Source of the DNA: a virus
Lineage: Duplodnaviria > Caudoviricetes
Reading direction: 5' to 3' (one strand)
Length of the DNA stretch: 64,000 nt
Virus record (IMG/VR): IMGVR_UViG_3300029288_000101
Coordinates: 45,728-109,727 of that record
Part shown: in pieces, positions 1-9,917 of the stretch
Position numbering within the stretch: the first letter of the stretch is position 1
How the letters are laid out: each line of letters starts with the position of its first letter
The notes under the pieces: generated by a model
The model's database searches: none
Told to the model about the DNA's origin: nothing
Seen by the model: only the letters and a program-made list of their open reading frames with translations
Position numbers and translations under genes: made by a program

Positions 1-125
1 ACGATATTTTACCACTTTTATTTTATAGCATTTCAGCAAAGTTTTCAAATGCTTCTCTGCTGCCAACTTATCAAATACTATTACTTCTTTTCTTTTTGTT
101 TTCATTTTAAATTCCTCCATTTCAA

Positions 126-536
126 TTAAACAAAAAATTTAAAATCAACTATTTTACCGTCTCTCGTAATACCTTTATAATAATTACCTGAAGGATTTAT
201 ACGAGTAGTATCAAAACGAATTTTTTCATTATTTAAAGCATTAAATATTTTCCCTGCTAAGATCCTTTTATTCTTATGCTCTGTTTTTAAAATTGCTATT
301 GAATGGATTATCAAAGCTGTCTCAGAAGTTATTGTATTATCAAGACCTGTTTGATACATATTCTGAAAGGAAATCTCTTCGAATAATTTATTAAAAACAG
401 GATTCTCACATAATTTATTTACAAGCCTATTGGCATTAAAAATTTTAACTTTATAGAAATTTTTATAAGTTTCAAATTCTTCTTCTTTTTTCTTAAAATC
501 TTCATCAAATCTTGATGTATCAATTTTTGTTTTCAT
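126..536 (-). CDS. hypothetical phage protein
   Basis: 136-aa ORF with strong AGGAGG SD upstream (545-552). Confidence 0.7.
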   Translation of the reverse strand: MKTKIDTSRFDEDFKKKEEEFETYKNFYKVKIFNANRLVNKLCENPVFNKLFEEISFQNMYQTGLDNTITSETALIIHSIAILKTEHKNKRILAGKIFNALNNEKIRFDTTRINPSGNYYKGITRDGKIVDFKFFV

Positions 537-570
537 TTTTTTTGGTTCCTCCTTATTAAATTAATATTCT

Positions 571-864
571 TTAATCACCATTCCATATTGTTAATTGTTG
601 AGTTATCATTTCAATATTATTATTTAGCCAGTCTTTTGCATCTTGTACTGATTCTGATTCATGCTTTAAAGTAATCCATCTCCATTTACAATTTTTATTC
701 CCGTCTTCCAAAATATCCTTCTTTAAAACTTGTAATCTTATTTTAAAAGGTTTACGGCAATCAATATTTCCGCATTCTTTTTTATTTAGTTTAATAATAA
801 TATCGTCATTGGAGAATGCTCTCCACTGACCTTTTGCTTTTTCTGTTTTAAATGTAAATTTCAT
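571..864 (-). CDS. hypothetical phage protein (likely start MKFTFK at 864)
   Basis: ATG at 864 is preceded by AGGAGGAACC; the longer ORF start at 912 lies inside the promoter repeat. Confidence 0.7.
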   Translation of the reverse strand: MKFTFKTEKAKGQWRAFSNDDIIIKLNKKECGNIDCRKPFKIRLQVLKKDILEDGNKNCKWRWITLKHESESVQDAKDWLNNNIEMITQQLTIWNGD

Positions 865-885
865 TGTTTGGTTCCTCCTTTTTAA

Positions 886-974
886 TTTTACAATTTTAGT
901 TTTCAATTTCAATTTACAAACTAATTAATAACATTTTTCAGTACAAACAAAATTTTTTCATACTTATTTTTCAA
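886..974 (-). promoter_or_regulatory. conserved phage promoter/leader repeat, copy 1
   Basis: Near-identical to 49777-49866 and 54170-54243; minus strand reads TTTG-N19-TTAGTTTG, resembling Bacteroidota -33/-7 elements. Confidence 0.7.
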
Positions 975-1004
975 GTATGTTTCAAACTACTGATTCTCAG
1001 TAAT

Positions 1005-1034
1005 TGAAAAACACCTTTTTCAAGGTGATTTTCA
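1005..1034 (-). terminator. inverted repeat, probable terminator of the glycan operon
   Basis: TTGAAAA-ACACCTT...AAGGTG-ATTTTCAA hairpin downstream of the last operon gene. Confidence 0.45.
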
Positions 1035-1090
1035 AGTTTTAACAAAAAACAAAATTTAATAATGAACTTAATTTTTAACTATGTTCTAAA

Positions 1091-1852
1091 TTATTTTTCA
1101 AAATGACTCTTCTCTGGGAATAAACTGCTAATCACACTCTTTAAATCTTCTGTTAAGCCCTTATCATTATAGCCTGCAACTTTTTTATTTAATAATTCTA
1201 ATTTAATATCTTCTATATTGTTAAAGGGCTGCTCGAAATTAGCTTTAAATCCTTCAGGCACTTTCTTTCTCTTTTCGGCAACATTATTAAAATACAAAGT
1301 ATTTATTGTAAATCCTGCTCTTTCCACTCCCCATTCATACTGGTTCATCACCCACTCAAAATCTTTCTTATTATATAATGCTGGTAGATGAGAATCATAA
1401 TGGTAGATTGGCTTTCCTTGTAATATTAAAACTTCAAAAGTTCTTTTCAATCGAGTCCTCCAACGATTCATAAATGCCCAATTAATTTCACTCAAATCTC
1501 TAATATACATTGGAGAAAAATCTGATGCCACACAAGGTTGTAAAAGCAATTGATCGTCGCTCATCCTGACAAAGTTCTGAGTGAGCTGTTCTCTCTTGCA
1601 AGCTAATAAAACCTTTTGAATCAAATTAGCATCTTTATTAGCTTTAAAAGTATCTTCAGCTGGTATATGGATTACATTTTGAATAAAGTTTGGAAGATAG
1701 CCAACAATATAGACTTCTCTTAAATCTAAAAAATTTTTCTCTAAACTCCTCAAACAATATCTAATTTCATTATCATTCCACCCAGCTTTAATTCCTAATG
1801 GTATAACAACATCTATCTTCTTATTAATACTAAAATCTATTTCAGGACACAT
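1091..1852 (-). CDS. Stealth-family-like (hexose-1-phosphate transferase-like) protein
   Basis: CR1-like IDVVI, CR2-like DNEIRYCLRSLEKN...P.F, FVRMSDD, H.P..Y.K motifs. Confidence 0.7.
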   Translation of the reverse strand: MCPEIDFSINKKIDVVIPLGIKAGWNDNEIRYCLRSLEKNFLDLREVYIVGYLPNFIQNVIHIPAEDTFKANKDANLIQKVLLACKREQLTQNFVRMSDDQLLLQPCVASDFSPMYIRDLSEINWAFMNRWRTRLKRTFEVLILQGKPIYHYDSHLPALYNKKDFEWVMNQYEWGVERAGFTINTLYFNNVAEKRKKVPEGFKANFEQPFNNIEDIKLELLNKKVAGYNDKGLTEDLKSVISSLFPEKSHFEK

Positions 1853-1904
1853 TATATTTCTTATTTTGATTATTGAAAAACAAAGAACAGATTTTATTAA
1901 GGAT

Positions 1905-2456
1905 TTATTTTAAATGTTGTTTTGATTTTCTTCCCCCTTCTAGCAATCTATAATAGTGAAAAACGTAAATCCCTTCCATTAACAAAATCTTTTTGCCTAT
2001 GGCTAATACTTTTCTAGAAAAATTATTATCTATTGTTAGTATTCCCTGTTCTAGAAAGCCTCCCACTCTCTGCCAGGTTTTCTTTTGAATTACCATCAGA
2101 AATCCGCTTATTGAACGAGGAATTTCTTTTACTTCAAGATACTTCTCTTTTTGTAATTTTAAAGCTAAATCTATATGATATTTCCAATCTTGATTTTCTG
2201 AAATGACTCCATTATATCGTTGCCATGGATTTCCCACTCTATTACAATAACAAGTAAAAATTCCAGTATCAGGATACATTTTTATAATATCTTCTATTTG
2301 TTTTCCATAATCAGAAGTTAAGAACATTATATCACGATCTGTTAGTACTCCATAATCTGTGTCTTGAGGCAATAGTTGCATATATTCATTATATGCTTTT
2401 CCTACATTACCATTTAAATCATAAGGTATAAAATAATATGTCATAATTTTTCTCAA
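1905..2456 (-). CDS. GT-A/GT2-like glycosyltransferase
   Basis: GKAYN, LTDRD (DxD), ISGFLM...W..VGGF.E, D.NFS, VFH motifs. Confidence 0.7.
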   Translation of the reverse strand: MRKIMTYYFIPYDLNGNVGKAYNEYMQLLPQDTDYGVLTDRDIMFLTSDYGKQIEDIIKMYPDTGIFTCYCNRVGNPWQRYNGVISENQDWKYHIDLALKLQKEKYLEVKEIPRSISGFLMVIQKKTWQRVGGFLEQGILTIDNNFSRKVLAIGKKILLMEGIYVFHYYRLLEGGRKSKQHLK

Positions 2457-2585
2457 GTTTATTTAATTTTCTCTTCTCCCAACCTCTTTTTGCTGCCTCA
2501 CTCTTTTTTTCTTTTTGTTTCTTCAGAATCTTCTCTTCATTTGTCATTTTTATTATGTTATTACTAAATTAGTACTAACAACACA

Positions 2586-3323
2586 TCATTTCATTGACTT
2601 TAATCTCTCCACTATATCATCGGGGAGAAACAATTGAATTTTTAAATCTGTTTCAACAAAAGGAAACACAATATCGCTGAAAAATTTGCTTCTCTTTTTT
2701 GAAATATTATTAAAACCATGAGTATCTACTCCATATAACCAATCGTCAGTTTCATTAATAAATACTCTTTTTGGATCTATATTTTTTACTAACCAGCCAT
2801 CTACTTTTGCTCTAACAGCTTCAAAAGAAAGTTTTCTAACATCTTCAGTTTTAGCACCCATATTCAAACCACCTCTTTGAATATTTTTTTTATCTGAAAA
2901 TAAAATGTGTTGTTGTTTTTGAATCCAATAAAACAAGCCTTGATTCGCTTTATACCAATCATTTCCTAAATTTATTGCTTCCATTGTTGTTCTCAACCTA
3001 TTAGGTTCTGAATAGCAATCAGCTGCTTGAAATACAAAAGCAACAGAATTTACGTCTGCTCGCTGTCCTAATAATCTCCATTTTTGGCTTAATGGAACCC
3101 AACAAGGCAAAGAAATATACAATATTCTTCTACAACCTATTTGTTTTAATCTTTCAAAATAAGAATCAAAAAATTCCTTACCACAACTATTATCATCAGA
3201 TTCTTCCACCACTATTATTTCCCAGCCAAAATCAATTCCTTTTTGCCTGCAAAGTCCTTCCATTGCCAGCCAAGCAATATTTTTACTATTAAACACTGGC
3301 AGACCAACTGTTAATTTTATCAT
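2586..3323 (-). CDS. GT2-like glycosyltransferase
   Basis: LTVGLPVFN, WEIIVVEE, AADCYSEPNRL, VDGWL. Confidence 0.7.
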   Translation of the reverse strand: MIKLTVGLPVFNSKNIAWLAMEGLCRQKGIDFGWEIIVVEESDDNSCGKEFFDSYFERLKQIGCRRILYISLPCWVPLSQKWRLLGQRADVNSVAFVFQAADCYSEPNRLRTTMEAINLGNDWYKANQGLFYWIQKQQHILFSDKKNIQRGGLNMGAKTEDVRKLSFEAVRAKVDGWLVKNIDPKRVFINETDDWLYGVDTHGFNNISKKRSKFFSDIVFPFVETDLKIQLFLPDDIVERLKSMK

Positions 3324-4006
3324 CGTTTGAAATTATTTAAAAATTCTATTTTTACCTCTTCAAATCCCACTGACTTCTTAAAGGTTCTTAATCCTGGTAA
3401 ACAAGCCTTTAAAGTTAGATAATTTAAACACTTTACTTGCTTATAATTCTCTATGCAATCTTTAATTATAAAGTTAATTAAAAGATTCATTATACCAAAC
3501 TTTAAATGTTCTGCGTGTCCTAAGATTTGATTAATTATTGCAAATTCATTCATAAAATTCACATTACACCAGGCTACTAATTTATCTTCTTTTAACACTC
3601 CAAAATATTTTATTTTATGAACATCGCAACAATTCAGAGTTCTCGCCTCTTCAGGATATTTTTGATATTTTGCTGACATTCTTTTACCTTGTCTAAATTC
3701 TTTTGAATTGTTAATTTCAAAAATATCTTCTAAAAATAAATTATAAGAAATCTCTCTTGCCTCATAATTATTCTTCTGAGATTTAACAATCATATTTCTA
3801 CTTTTACAACCTATTTGTTTTAAATAGGCTTCATAAGTTTTAGAAATTATAATTACTGCTGGTAGATATTTATGACTGATAATTTCTTCACTAATTAATA
3901 CTTCTCCAAAAGGTCTATTGGATTTTATCCAATTTTCCCAAATAAAGAATAACTCTTCACAACCTTTTTGACATCCTTCTGCGCTTCCAATTAAATCAAT
4001 TTTCAT
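3320..4006 (-). CDS. GNAT/FemAB-like acyltransferase
   Basis: YFGV...KLVAW, ILGH...GIMNLL, GL..FK..VGF pattern of GNAT-fold proteins. Confidence 0.55.
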   Translation of the reverse strand: MKIDLIGSAEGCQKGCEELFFIWENWIKSNRPFGEVLISEEIISHKYLPAVIIISKTYEAYLKQIGCKSRNMIVKSQKNNYEAREISYNLFLEDIFEINNSKEFRQGKRMSAKYQKYPEEARTLNCCDVHKIKYFGVLKEDKLVAWCNVNFMNEFAIINQILGHAEHLKFGIMNLLINFIIKDCIENYKQVKCLNYLTLKACLPGLRTFKKSVGFEEVKIEFLNNFKR

Positions 4007-4743
4007 AAATCTAAATACTCCTTGTAAGTCATAAAGACCACGCCTAAATTTTTAAAATGAGCAATAAACTTGTCATAATAAAAACCTGACAACTCTCCTA
4101 TATTTAAACCTTCTGGTACATAAGGATTATATAAGGTTGGAATGAATTTCTTATAAAACTAAGTGTTATGAGTTAACATTGCTAAAGTTTGCTGTTCTTC
4201 TAATTTCTTTGTAAAAGCTCTTAAAAATCTATTAAAACCAACAAAACCATCTGTCTTTAAATAACCATCTAAAGTTAAATGGAAAGGTGTCAAGATCGAC
4301 TTGAATTTATAATCTTCTGGTTTCATAACTACCATATCGCTACAAATATAATTCAAGCCTAATGAATCTTGAACCAAATAGCCTAACGATTTATTCCATT
4401 TAAAATTACCACCACAAGCAGAAACTCCTAAAATATTTAAATCTAAAGACCTTACTTTTTTCAATTCTTGTAGAGGTGAAGGCAATTCTTTTGAATTAAC
4501 ATGATTTGCAAGATGTAAACCAAATTCCCAACCATTGTTCTCTAAAGTCTTATAAAAGTTTTGATATTTCAATTCAGAAACTCCCCTGTCATATCTTAAG
4601 AATATTGTCGATCTAACTTCATGTTTCCTCTCAATACTAAACATCCTATCAACATTAAGATTTAGACCATGAACCCAATCAAAATCATGTCTTAAAATAA
4701 TAATCTTCTTTTCCTTAAATACTAAAGATTTAACAGTTTCCAT
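4003..4743 (-). pseudogene. CE4/NodB-type polysaccharide deacetylase interrupted by one in-frame TAG (4159-4161)
   Basis: LRHDFD, STIF, GWEFGLH, MLTHN; the frame continues past the TAG to GVVFMTYKEYLDL and ends with an ATGA overlap on the next gene. Confidence 0.7.
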
Positions 4744-5593
4744 TGGTTATAACCTTTGACAAACACCATGCTGAATATGCTCTTACTCTAAAATTAGTGT
4801 GCTGAAGAGAGGTCAAAATCTCTTTGTCTAAAATCAACATTCTTTTATTTAATTTTTCTTCTCCTAAAATCGTTAAAAGCTCATTTTTATAAAGATTATA
4901 AATTAAAAAAGTTATAGGTATAGACCAGCCTATTGAGCCAGAAGATAGCCATTTCTCTTTATCTGAAAAATTTATTAAACTTTTTAAAACTATTTCTTTT
5001 TTATAAATCAAAAATTTCAATCTATAAAAATGATAAAGCATTAAGCCTAAATGAAAGCTATCTTCCAATTTCATTTTTTCCCATTTCTCTTCTTTAAAAT
5101 ATTGATAAGACCAATTACCATTTTCTTGGCTTGATTCTAATAAATTTACTAATTTTTTAGCTCTATCTAATTCTCCACACTCATTAAAAACCAAAGCCGC
5201 TGCTGATGTTACATTTGGAACAGCATAATTTGTTTCTTCACTACAATATTTTTGCCAACCATTTTCATAGCTACCTATAGATTTTATATCTTCAAAAATC
5301 TTATCTGTTAGGTATTTAAATCTTAATTGTTTAAAAAACTCATAGCAAATCCATAAAGTATAAGTGTATAAATTATTTTCTGAACAACGAGCCACATTAA
5401 CTCTGTTTCTCTTATTTAAAATAAGATTTCTTTCCAATACTTTTATCAAACAATCATGATAATCTAATCCAAATATTTGCTTTGCACTTCCTAATAAAGC
5501 AAAGCCATCGGCAGAAGATTTTTCAAAAAAAATATCTGTTTCAGGAAACCTTACTTCAGATATTAATTTCTTAATATCAGATAAAATAATCAT
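4730..5593 (-). CDS. (alpha/alpha)-toroid protein of polysaccharide loci (epimerase/prenyltransferase-like fold)
   Basis: PNVTSAAAL, SQENGNWSY, EDSFHLGLML motifs. Confidence 0.45.
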   Translation of the reverse strand: MIILSDIKKLISEVRFPETDIFFEKSSADGFALLGSAKQIFGLDYHDCLIKVLERNLILNKRNRVNVARCSENNLYTYTLWICYEFFKQLRFKYLTDKIFEDIKSIGSYENGWQKYCSEETNYAVPNVTSAAALVFNECGELDRAKKLVNLLESSQENGNWSYQYFKEEKWEKMKLEDSFHLGLMLYHFYRLKFLIYKKEIVLKSLINFSDKEKWLSSGSIGWSIPITFLIYNLYKNELLTILGEEKLNKRMLILDKEILTSLQHTNFRVRAYSAWCLSKVITNGNC

Positions 5594-6171
5594 CTTACAA
5601 TGCTATCAATTAAAAATAACTTATTATTATTTTTTGAACTCAAAGAAAACTCTTCAATATTTACAAATTTTAGCTTCTTATATCTTTTTCTAATTTGAAG
5701 CTTATTTTCAAAAAGCCTAACATGGCTCTCATTTTTAAAATTAGGTACTGAAAATATAAATCTAACATTAGAAGGCAACAATTTTATTACTTCCAAATCT
5801 TCTTCTAAATGTTCCAATACCTCGCAACAAATAATAGTCTCAAAAGGCAAATATTGTGCCTCTACACTATATATATCTTTTACCTCAAAAGCACAATTAG
5901 AAGCAAAAGCAGAATTTAATTGTTTTGCTTTCTCAATAGCAACCTCACTAAAATCTATACCTTTTATATAATTCTTCTCCTCTCTTAAAAGATAATTTGC
6001 TAATTGACCAACACCACAACCTATTTCTAGAATACTTTCCTTTTTTGTTAATATCTCTCCAATCCTCTTCCAAATAGGAAAATATATTGTTTGTTCTGGC
6101 TGTTTAAAATACATTCCTTTTGAACCGCCCTTCAAATAAATCTCGTCATAAAATTCTCTATTTTTTTCCAT
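5590..6171 (-). CDS. class I SAM-dependent methyltransferase
   Basis: ILEIGCGVG, GIDFS, EVLEHL, SVPN. Confidence 0.85.
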   Translation of the reverse strand: MEKNREFYDEIYLKGGSKGMYFKQPEQTIYFPIWKRIGEILTKKESILEIGCGVGQLANYLLREEKNYIKGIDFSEVAIEKAKQLNSAFASNCAFEVKDIYSVEAQYLPFETIICCEVLEHLEEDLEVIKLLPSNVRFIFSVPNFKNESHVRLFENKLQIRKRYKKLKFVNIEEFSLSSKNNNKLFLIDSIVR

Positions 6172-6174
6172 ATT

Positions 6175-7035
6175 CTATTTTTCTAAAAATCCTCTGAATT
6201 TTGTTTCTCTTCCTTCTAAAATATCAAACATATTTACCAATCTTTCTCCTGCTGTATGTTTCTTTTGATATAATATTCTTCCTTGAGTTCTTACTCTCTC
6301 ATAGCTCTTTTGTTTTGAAGTTCTTGAGTAAAACTCAATCATCTTCTTTGCTTCCTTTAATTTCTTAAACCAAACCAAATGTTTATGATTTTCAAATAAA
6401 TCTTCGATACCAGGAAACCAAGACACCAAAGCAAAACCACCTGAAGAGAGAATATTGTATAAGCGATTGCTTGTCACAGAATGCATTGGTAGACTAATGC
6501 TCAAATTAAATTTTGAGTTTCTATAAAGAAAGCTCTGGTCTTCTGTGGTTCTTTCTCCGCTAATTATCTTAAGCTTAAAATTTTCAGCAATACCGTCCAA
6601 TAAAATTTTTCTATTACTATGCCAACGAGTTGAATTATTTCCTATAAATAACACTTCCCAGTCTATCTTCCTTCCTTCTGTTGCTTCTGGAATTAAACCA
6701 CACTGAGGCATATAAAACACTGGCTTTTTAAAATATTCTTCATATAGCTTATTATATTCTAAGTTACAAAGAAAAATATAATCACAACCGCAGCCACAAT
6801 TATCTTGTTTAATTAATTTTTCAGGCGGATTCAAATCACACATCCACCATCCCACTTTTGCTTTCGTATTTATTTTAGGAAAAGTTTTATTGTAAAAAAC
6901 AATCAAACTATCGTAATCCTTGACTAAATTTATTTCCGAAAAATCAAAGATCTCTATTCCTGTTGACTTTGCAGCATTAGCGATAGGACCTAATCTTTCT
7001 TTCTTTTCTTTTATTATAAAAGCTCTTTTAAGCAT
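6175..7035 (-). CDS. CgeB-like GT-B glycosyltransferase
   Basis: VLFIG...R, Y..SKF.L, SNRLYNILSSGGF, LFEN.KHLVWF, HT...R. Confidence 0.75.
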   Translation of the reverse strand: MLKRAFIIKEKKERLGPIANAAKSTGIEIFDFSEINLVKDYDSLIVFYNKTFPKINTKAKVGWWMCDLNPPEKLIKQDNCGCGCDYIFLCNLEYNKLYEEYFKKPVFYMPQCGLIPEATEGRKIDWEVLFIGNNSTRWHSNRKILLDGIAENFKLKIISGERTTEDQSFLYRNSKFNLSISLPMHSVTSNRLYNILSSGGFALVSWFPGIEDLFENHKHLVWFKKLKEAKKMIEFYSRTSKQKSYERVRTQGRILYQKKHTAGERLVNMFDILEGRETKFRGFLEK

Positions 7036-7714
7036 AGCGAACTCTTAAACGAATGTGCTTCCTTCTTCTAACTATTGGCGAATTATAAAGTTTATCCCCA
7101 AATTCAGAAGAAATTACTCGTAAATTAATTTTTAATCTTTGTAATAAATAGGAAAATGAAATCTGGTCTCTTTTACTAAATTGAGAAATCTCTTCCCACC
7201 ATAAATCATTGAAGCGATTTGTTCTAAAATTGCTTTTTCTTAATATTAAAGCTGTATGATAAAGTCCTGAATTAGTCTTTATTTTATCTCTCACATACTT
7301 TAATTTTTGCTCATCAAAAAGCTCTTTCCTGTCTAAATTCAACCTTCTACAAACATTTAATTCTTCAAACAAACAAATTCTTTTAGGATGTTTAAACAAT
7401 GAAATGTCTGTATCTTTTGGTAAATTCTTTAAACAAAAACTCTTAATATTTTCTATTAAAAGCTGATAGCAAGAATCAACCCAAATATTTATTTCATGCT
7501 TTGGTAAATATTTTTCAGGATGAGTCTTAATGAATCTTGCCGCTCTTTGAGGATCTCCATCAATCGTTTTATAATTAATGATTTTTTGCTCCCATCCAAA
7601 ACAATTATTTAATTTGTCAGTGAAGAGGATGTATCGAACACCCTCTTCTTTTTTCTTTGGATTGAAAACTCTGTCATAATTACCAAAATTACAACTAAAG
7701 ACAATAATTTTCAT
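7028..7714 (-). CDS. DUF616 (TOD1/MUCI70-like) glycosyltransferase
   Basis: FGNYD, FTD, IWVD, HP.R.C..EE, WW.E, RDQISF. Confidence 0.8.
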   Translation of the reverse strand: MKIIVFSCNFGNYDRVFNPKKKEEGVRYILFTDKLNNCFGWEQKIINYKTIDGDPQRAARFIKTHPEKYLPKHEINIWVDSCYQLLIENIKSFCLKNLPKDTDISLFKHPKRICLFEELNVCRRLNLDRKELFDEQKLKYVRDKIKTNSGLYHTALILRKSNFRTNRFNDLWWEEISQFSKRDQISFSYLLQRLKINLRVISSEFGDKLYNSPIVRRRKHIRLRVRYA

Positions 7715-7715
7715 T

Positions 7716-8279
7716 TTACAATTTTAAGAACTCATCTACAGAAATTAAGTTCAGCCATTCTTTTTTATTTTTTTCAAAGCCTTTAAAATCTACTTCGCCT
7801 TCAATTACTAACTTTGTCTGACGACCTCTCTGAATTATACCACATCCCATGTCAGTTTCTATGGTATACATTTTCAAATTTCCTTTTGTTTGACGACAAT
7901 ATACAAAAGACAGCCAACAGTCTCCAGTCCACGCTTTCACGATTCTTGGAACTTTTTGCATATCTTCATTGACAGGCAAACAATCATGCACAACTATGGT
8001 TCCACCTTTATTTAAACAAGCCAAAGAATTGTTAATGTCTTTTAATACTTGTTCTGAGTGGTGTAAACCATCAATAAATATTATATCAAACTTCTCTTTA
8101 TTTTGAGCAAAGAACATATCAGAACTCATTCGATGAGTTCCACCTCGTTCAGGATCTACTCCCACTTTTGTTTTTATATTTATTGCATTAAAGGTTTTAT
8201 CCTTTTGAGTGCCAATCTCAAGATAACTATTGTAGTTATTCTTTGAAATAAAATGGTGTATTATTTGAACTCGATTCAT
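7716..8279 (-). CDS. Methyltransf_24-like SAM methyltransferase
   Basis: YLEIG, GVDP, SDMFF, FDIIFIDGLH, GG.IVVHD, WTGDCW. Confidence 0.85.
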   Translation of the reverse strand: MNRVQIIHHFISKNNYNSYLEIGTQKDKTFNAINIKTKVGVDPERGGTHRMSSDMFFAQNKEKFDIIFIDGLHHSEQVLKDINNSLACLNKGGTIVVHDCLPVNEDMQKVPRIVKAWTGDCWLSFVYCRQTKGNLKMYTIETDMGCGIIQRGRQTKLVIEGEVDFKGFEKNKKEWLNLISVDEFLKL

Positions 8280-8303
8280 AACTTCAATTTTTATTTAAAA
8301 ATA

Positions 8304-8612
8304 TTAAAAAGAAAGACTGTGATCTGCAGGATCGTAGATATGAGTTTTTACCTGATTGTCAATCTTCCAACAAAGCATATCCTGAGCGATAGCAAAATCT
8401 TGTAGTTCTGTTTCTGTATAGGCATGTCCTATTTTAAAAGGAGCATATAAATCTGCTTCAGCCACAACTACATCATCGAGTTCTCTTTTTATTGTTGCTA
8501 TGATAATTCCTTTATCATCATTTTTAAAGCCTTCTATGGTTACCTTTTTTGACTGTGTAATTCCAAGACCATGTTTTTCTAATACATAAGTAATTTTTCC
8601 TGCTTGTCCCAT
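8304..8612 (-). CDS. hypothetical protein
   Basis: 102-aa ORF with A-rich start context. Confidence 0.65.
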   Translation of the reverse strand: MGQAGKITYVLEKHGLGITQSKKVTIEGFKNDDKGIIIATIKRELDDVVVAEADLYAPFKIGHAYTETELQDFAIAQDMLCWKIDNQVKTHIYDPADHSLSF

Positions 8613-8656
8613 TTTTATAAAATTTTTAATTATTAATTTTTACAATTTTATTTTAA

Positions 8657-9841
8657 TTAAAAGTCTAAATCAGATATTTGTTGAGTAGTTAATTCATAGA
8701 TTTTTTTATCTTCCAAATTTCTTTCTAACAAACCCACTTTCTTCTCGTCTCTAATACAACCAATCACTTTCCTAATTAACGTATTATATTCTGAACAGAG
8801 GTCAGCTTCTTCTTTTGTTGTTGCAGATTTTACATTATTACCACTACTTTCAACACAACAACTTTTCTCATTGGTATTAAAATAGGTTTTACACCATTCA
8901 AACATCTTCAAAGAAGCAACTTCCTTCTCAACATCTCGACTTTCCCATTCATCTAATTTACGTGTTGGGAACTCTTTGAGCTCGTCCAAAATAACCTGCA
9001 TTCTCGCTTCACAATTATCTTTTAATCCTATAATTGAAGCAAGTACACCAACTAATTTCTCCTTTATTTCTTTTCCTGTTTTCTTAAAGGTCATTTTGTC
9101 AGCACCATAATTAAAAGAGTCTGAAGACTTCTCAATATCATTGTCAAGAGATTTTTCTATTTCTTTTTCTTTCCCCTCTGTTTCTTTTTTGTCTTTATAA
9201 TTATTAATATATTCTTTTTTTAATTTTTTCCACAAATCTTCATATTTACTAGGAATTTCTTTTGAATCATATTTTCTAGAAGAACTTTTCTTATTTGAAT
9301 CTGAAAGATAATTATTCCCAGAATAATACTCCATAAATTCTTCTCCTTTTTTGTTACCTTTTACATAAACTCCATATGTAATAAGAGAATCTTTATTAAT
9401 ATGACCTTCAAGAATATCACAATCAGGATTATGGTTTTCATGAGAATTAAATACTAATTTTTTAAAACCTTTTTCTTTTCCCTCAGTTTCTTTTCCTTCT
9501 TCTTTATTAATCTTTACCCAAACACCTCTCCTACGACCATTTTTATCAACCACTATCTTTTTAACAAGTTTTGATAAATCCTTCTTTGCCTTTTCAAAAT
9601 AATCAAGTCCATCTTTTTCTCCCACTGCCTTACAAATCTCATTACTTTTTGCAACCACATCTGAAATATATCTCCTCAAATCTAACTCAGTATAGATTTC
9701 CCATTGTTCTTGCTTTGCTTGTTTTGCAAAGTCTTCAAGAGACATCGCTTTTTCAATATTAAAATCTGTAAAGTTAGAAAAATCTAATCTTCCACCACCA
9801 TTTTTAAAGTCTTCGAAGCTTAATGTTAAGTTCTTATTCAT
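8657..9841 (-). CDS. putative virion (internal head) protein
   Basis: Next to terminase; repeated xEKA/xEKS motifs and an LVKK...DKNG...VWVK segment. Confidence 0.45.
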   Translation of the reverse strand: MNKNLTLSFEDFKNGGGRLDFSNFTDFNIEKAMSLEDFAKQAKQEQWEIYTELDLRRYISDVVAKSNEICKAVGEKDGLDYFEKAKKDLSKLVKKIVVDKNGRRRGVWVKINKEEGKETEGKEKGFKKLVFNSHENHNPDCDILEGHINKDSLITYGVYVKGNKKGEEFMEYYSGNNYLSDSNKKSSSRKYDSKEIPSKYEDLWKKLKKEYINNYKDKKETEGKEKEIEKSLDNDIEKSSDSFNYGADKMTFKKTGKEIKEKLVGVLASIIGLKDNCEARMQVILDELKEFPTRKLDEWESRDVEKEVASLKMFEWCKTYFNTNEKSCCVESSGNNVKSATTKEEADLCSEYNTLIRKVIGCIRDEKKVGLLERNLEDKKIYELTTQQISDLDF

Positions 9842-9917
9842 ATCGCTATTATTTTAGTTTTAAATTTACAATTTTATAACTGTTTCAGAACAAAAAAAAC
9901 TAATAAATCTTTTGCCA

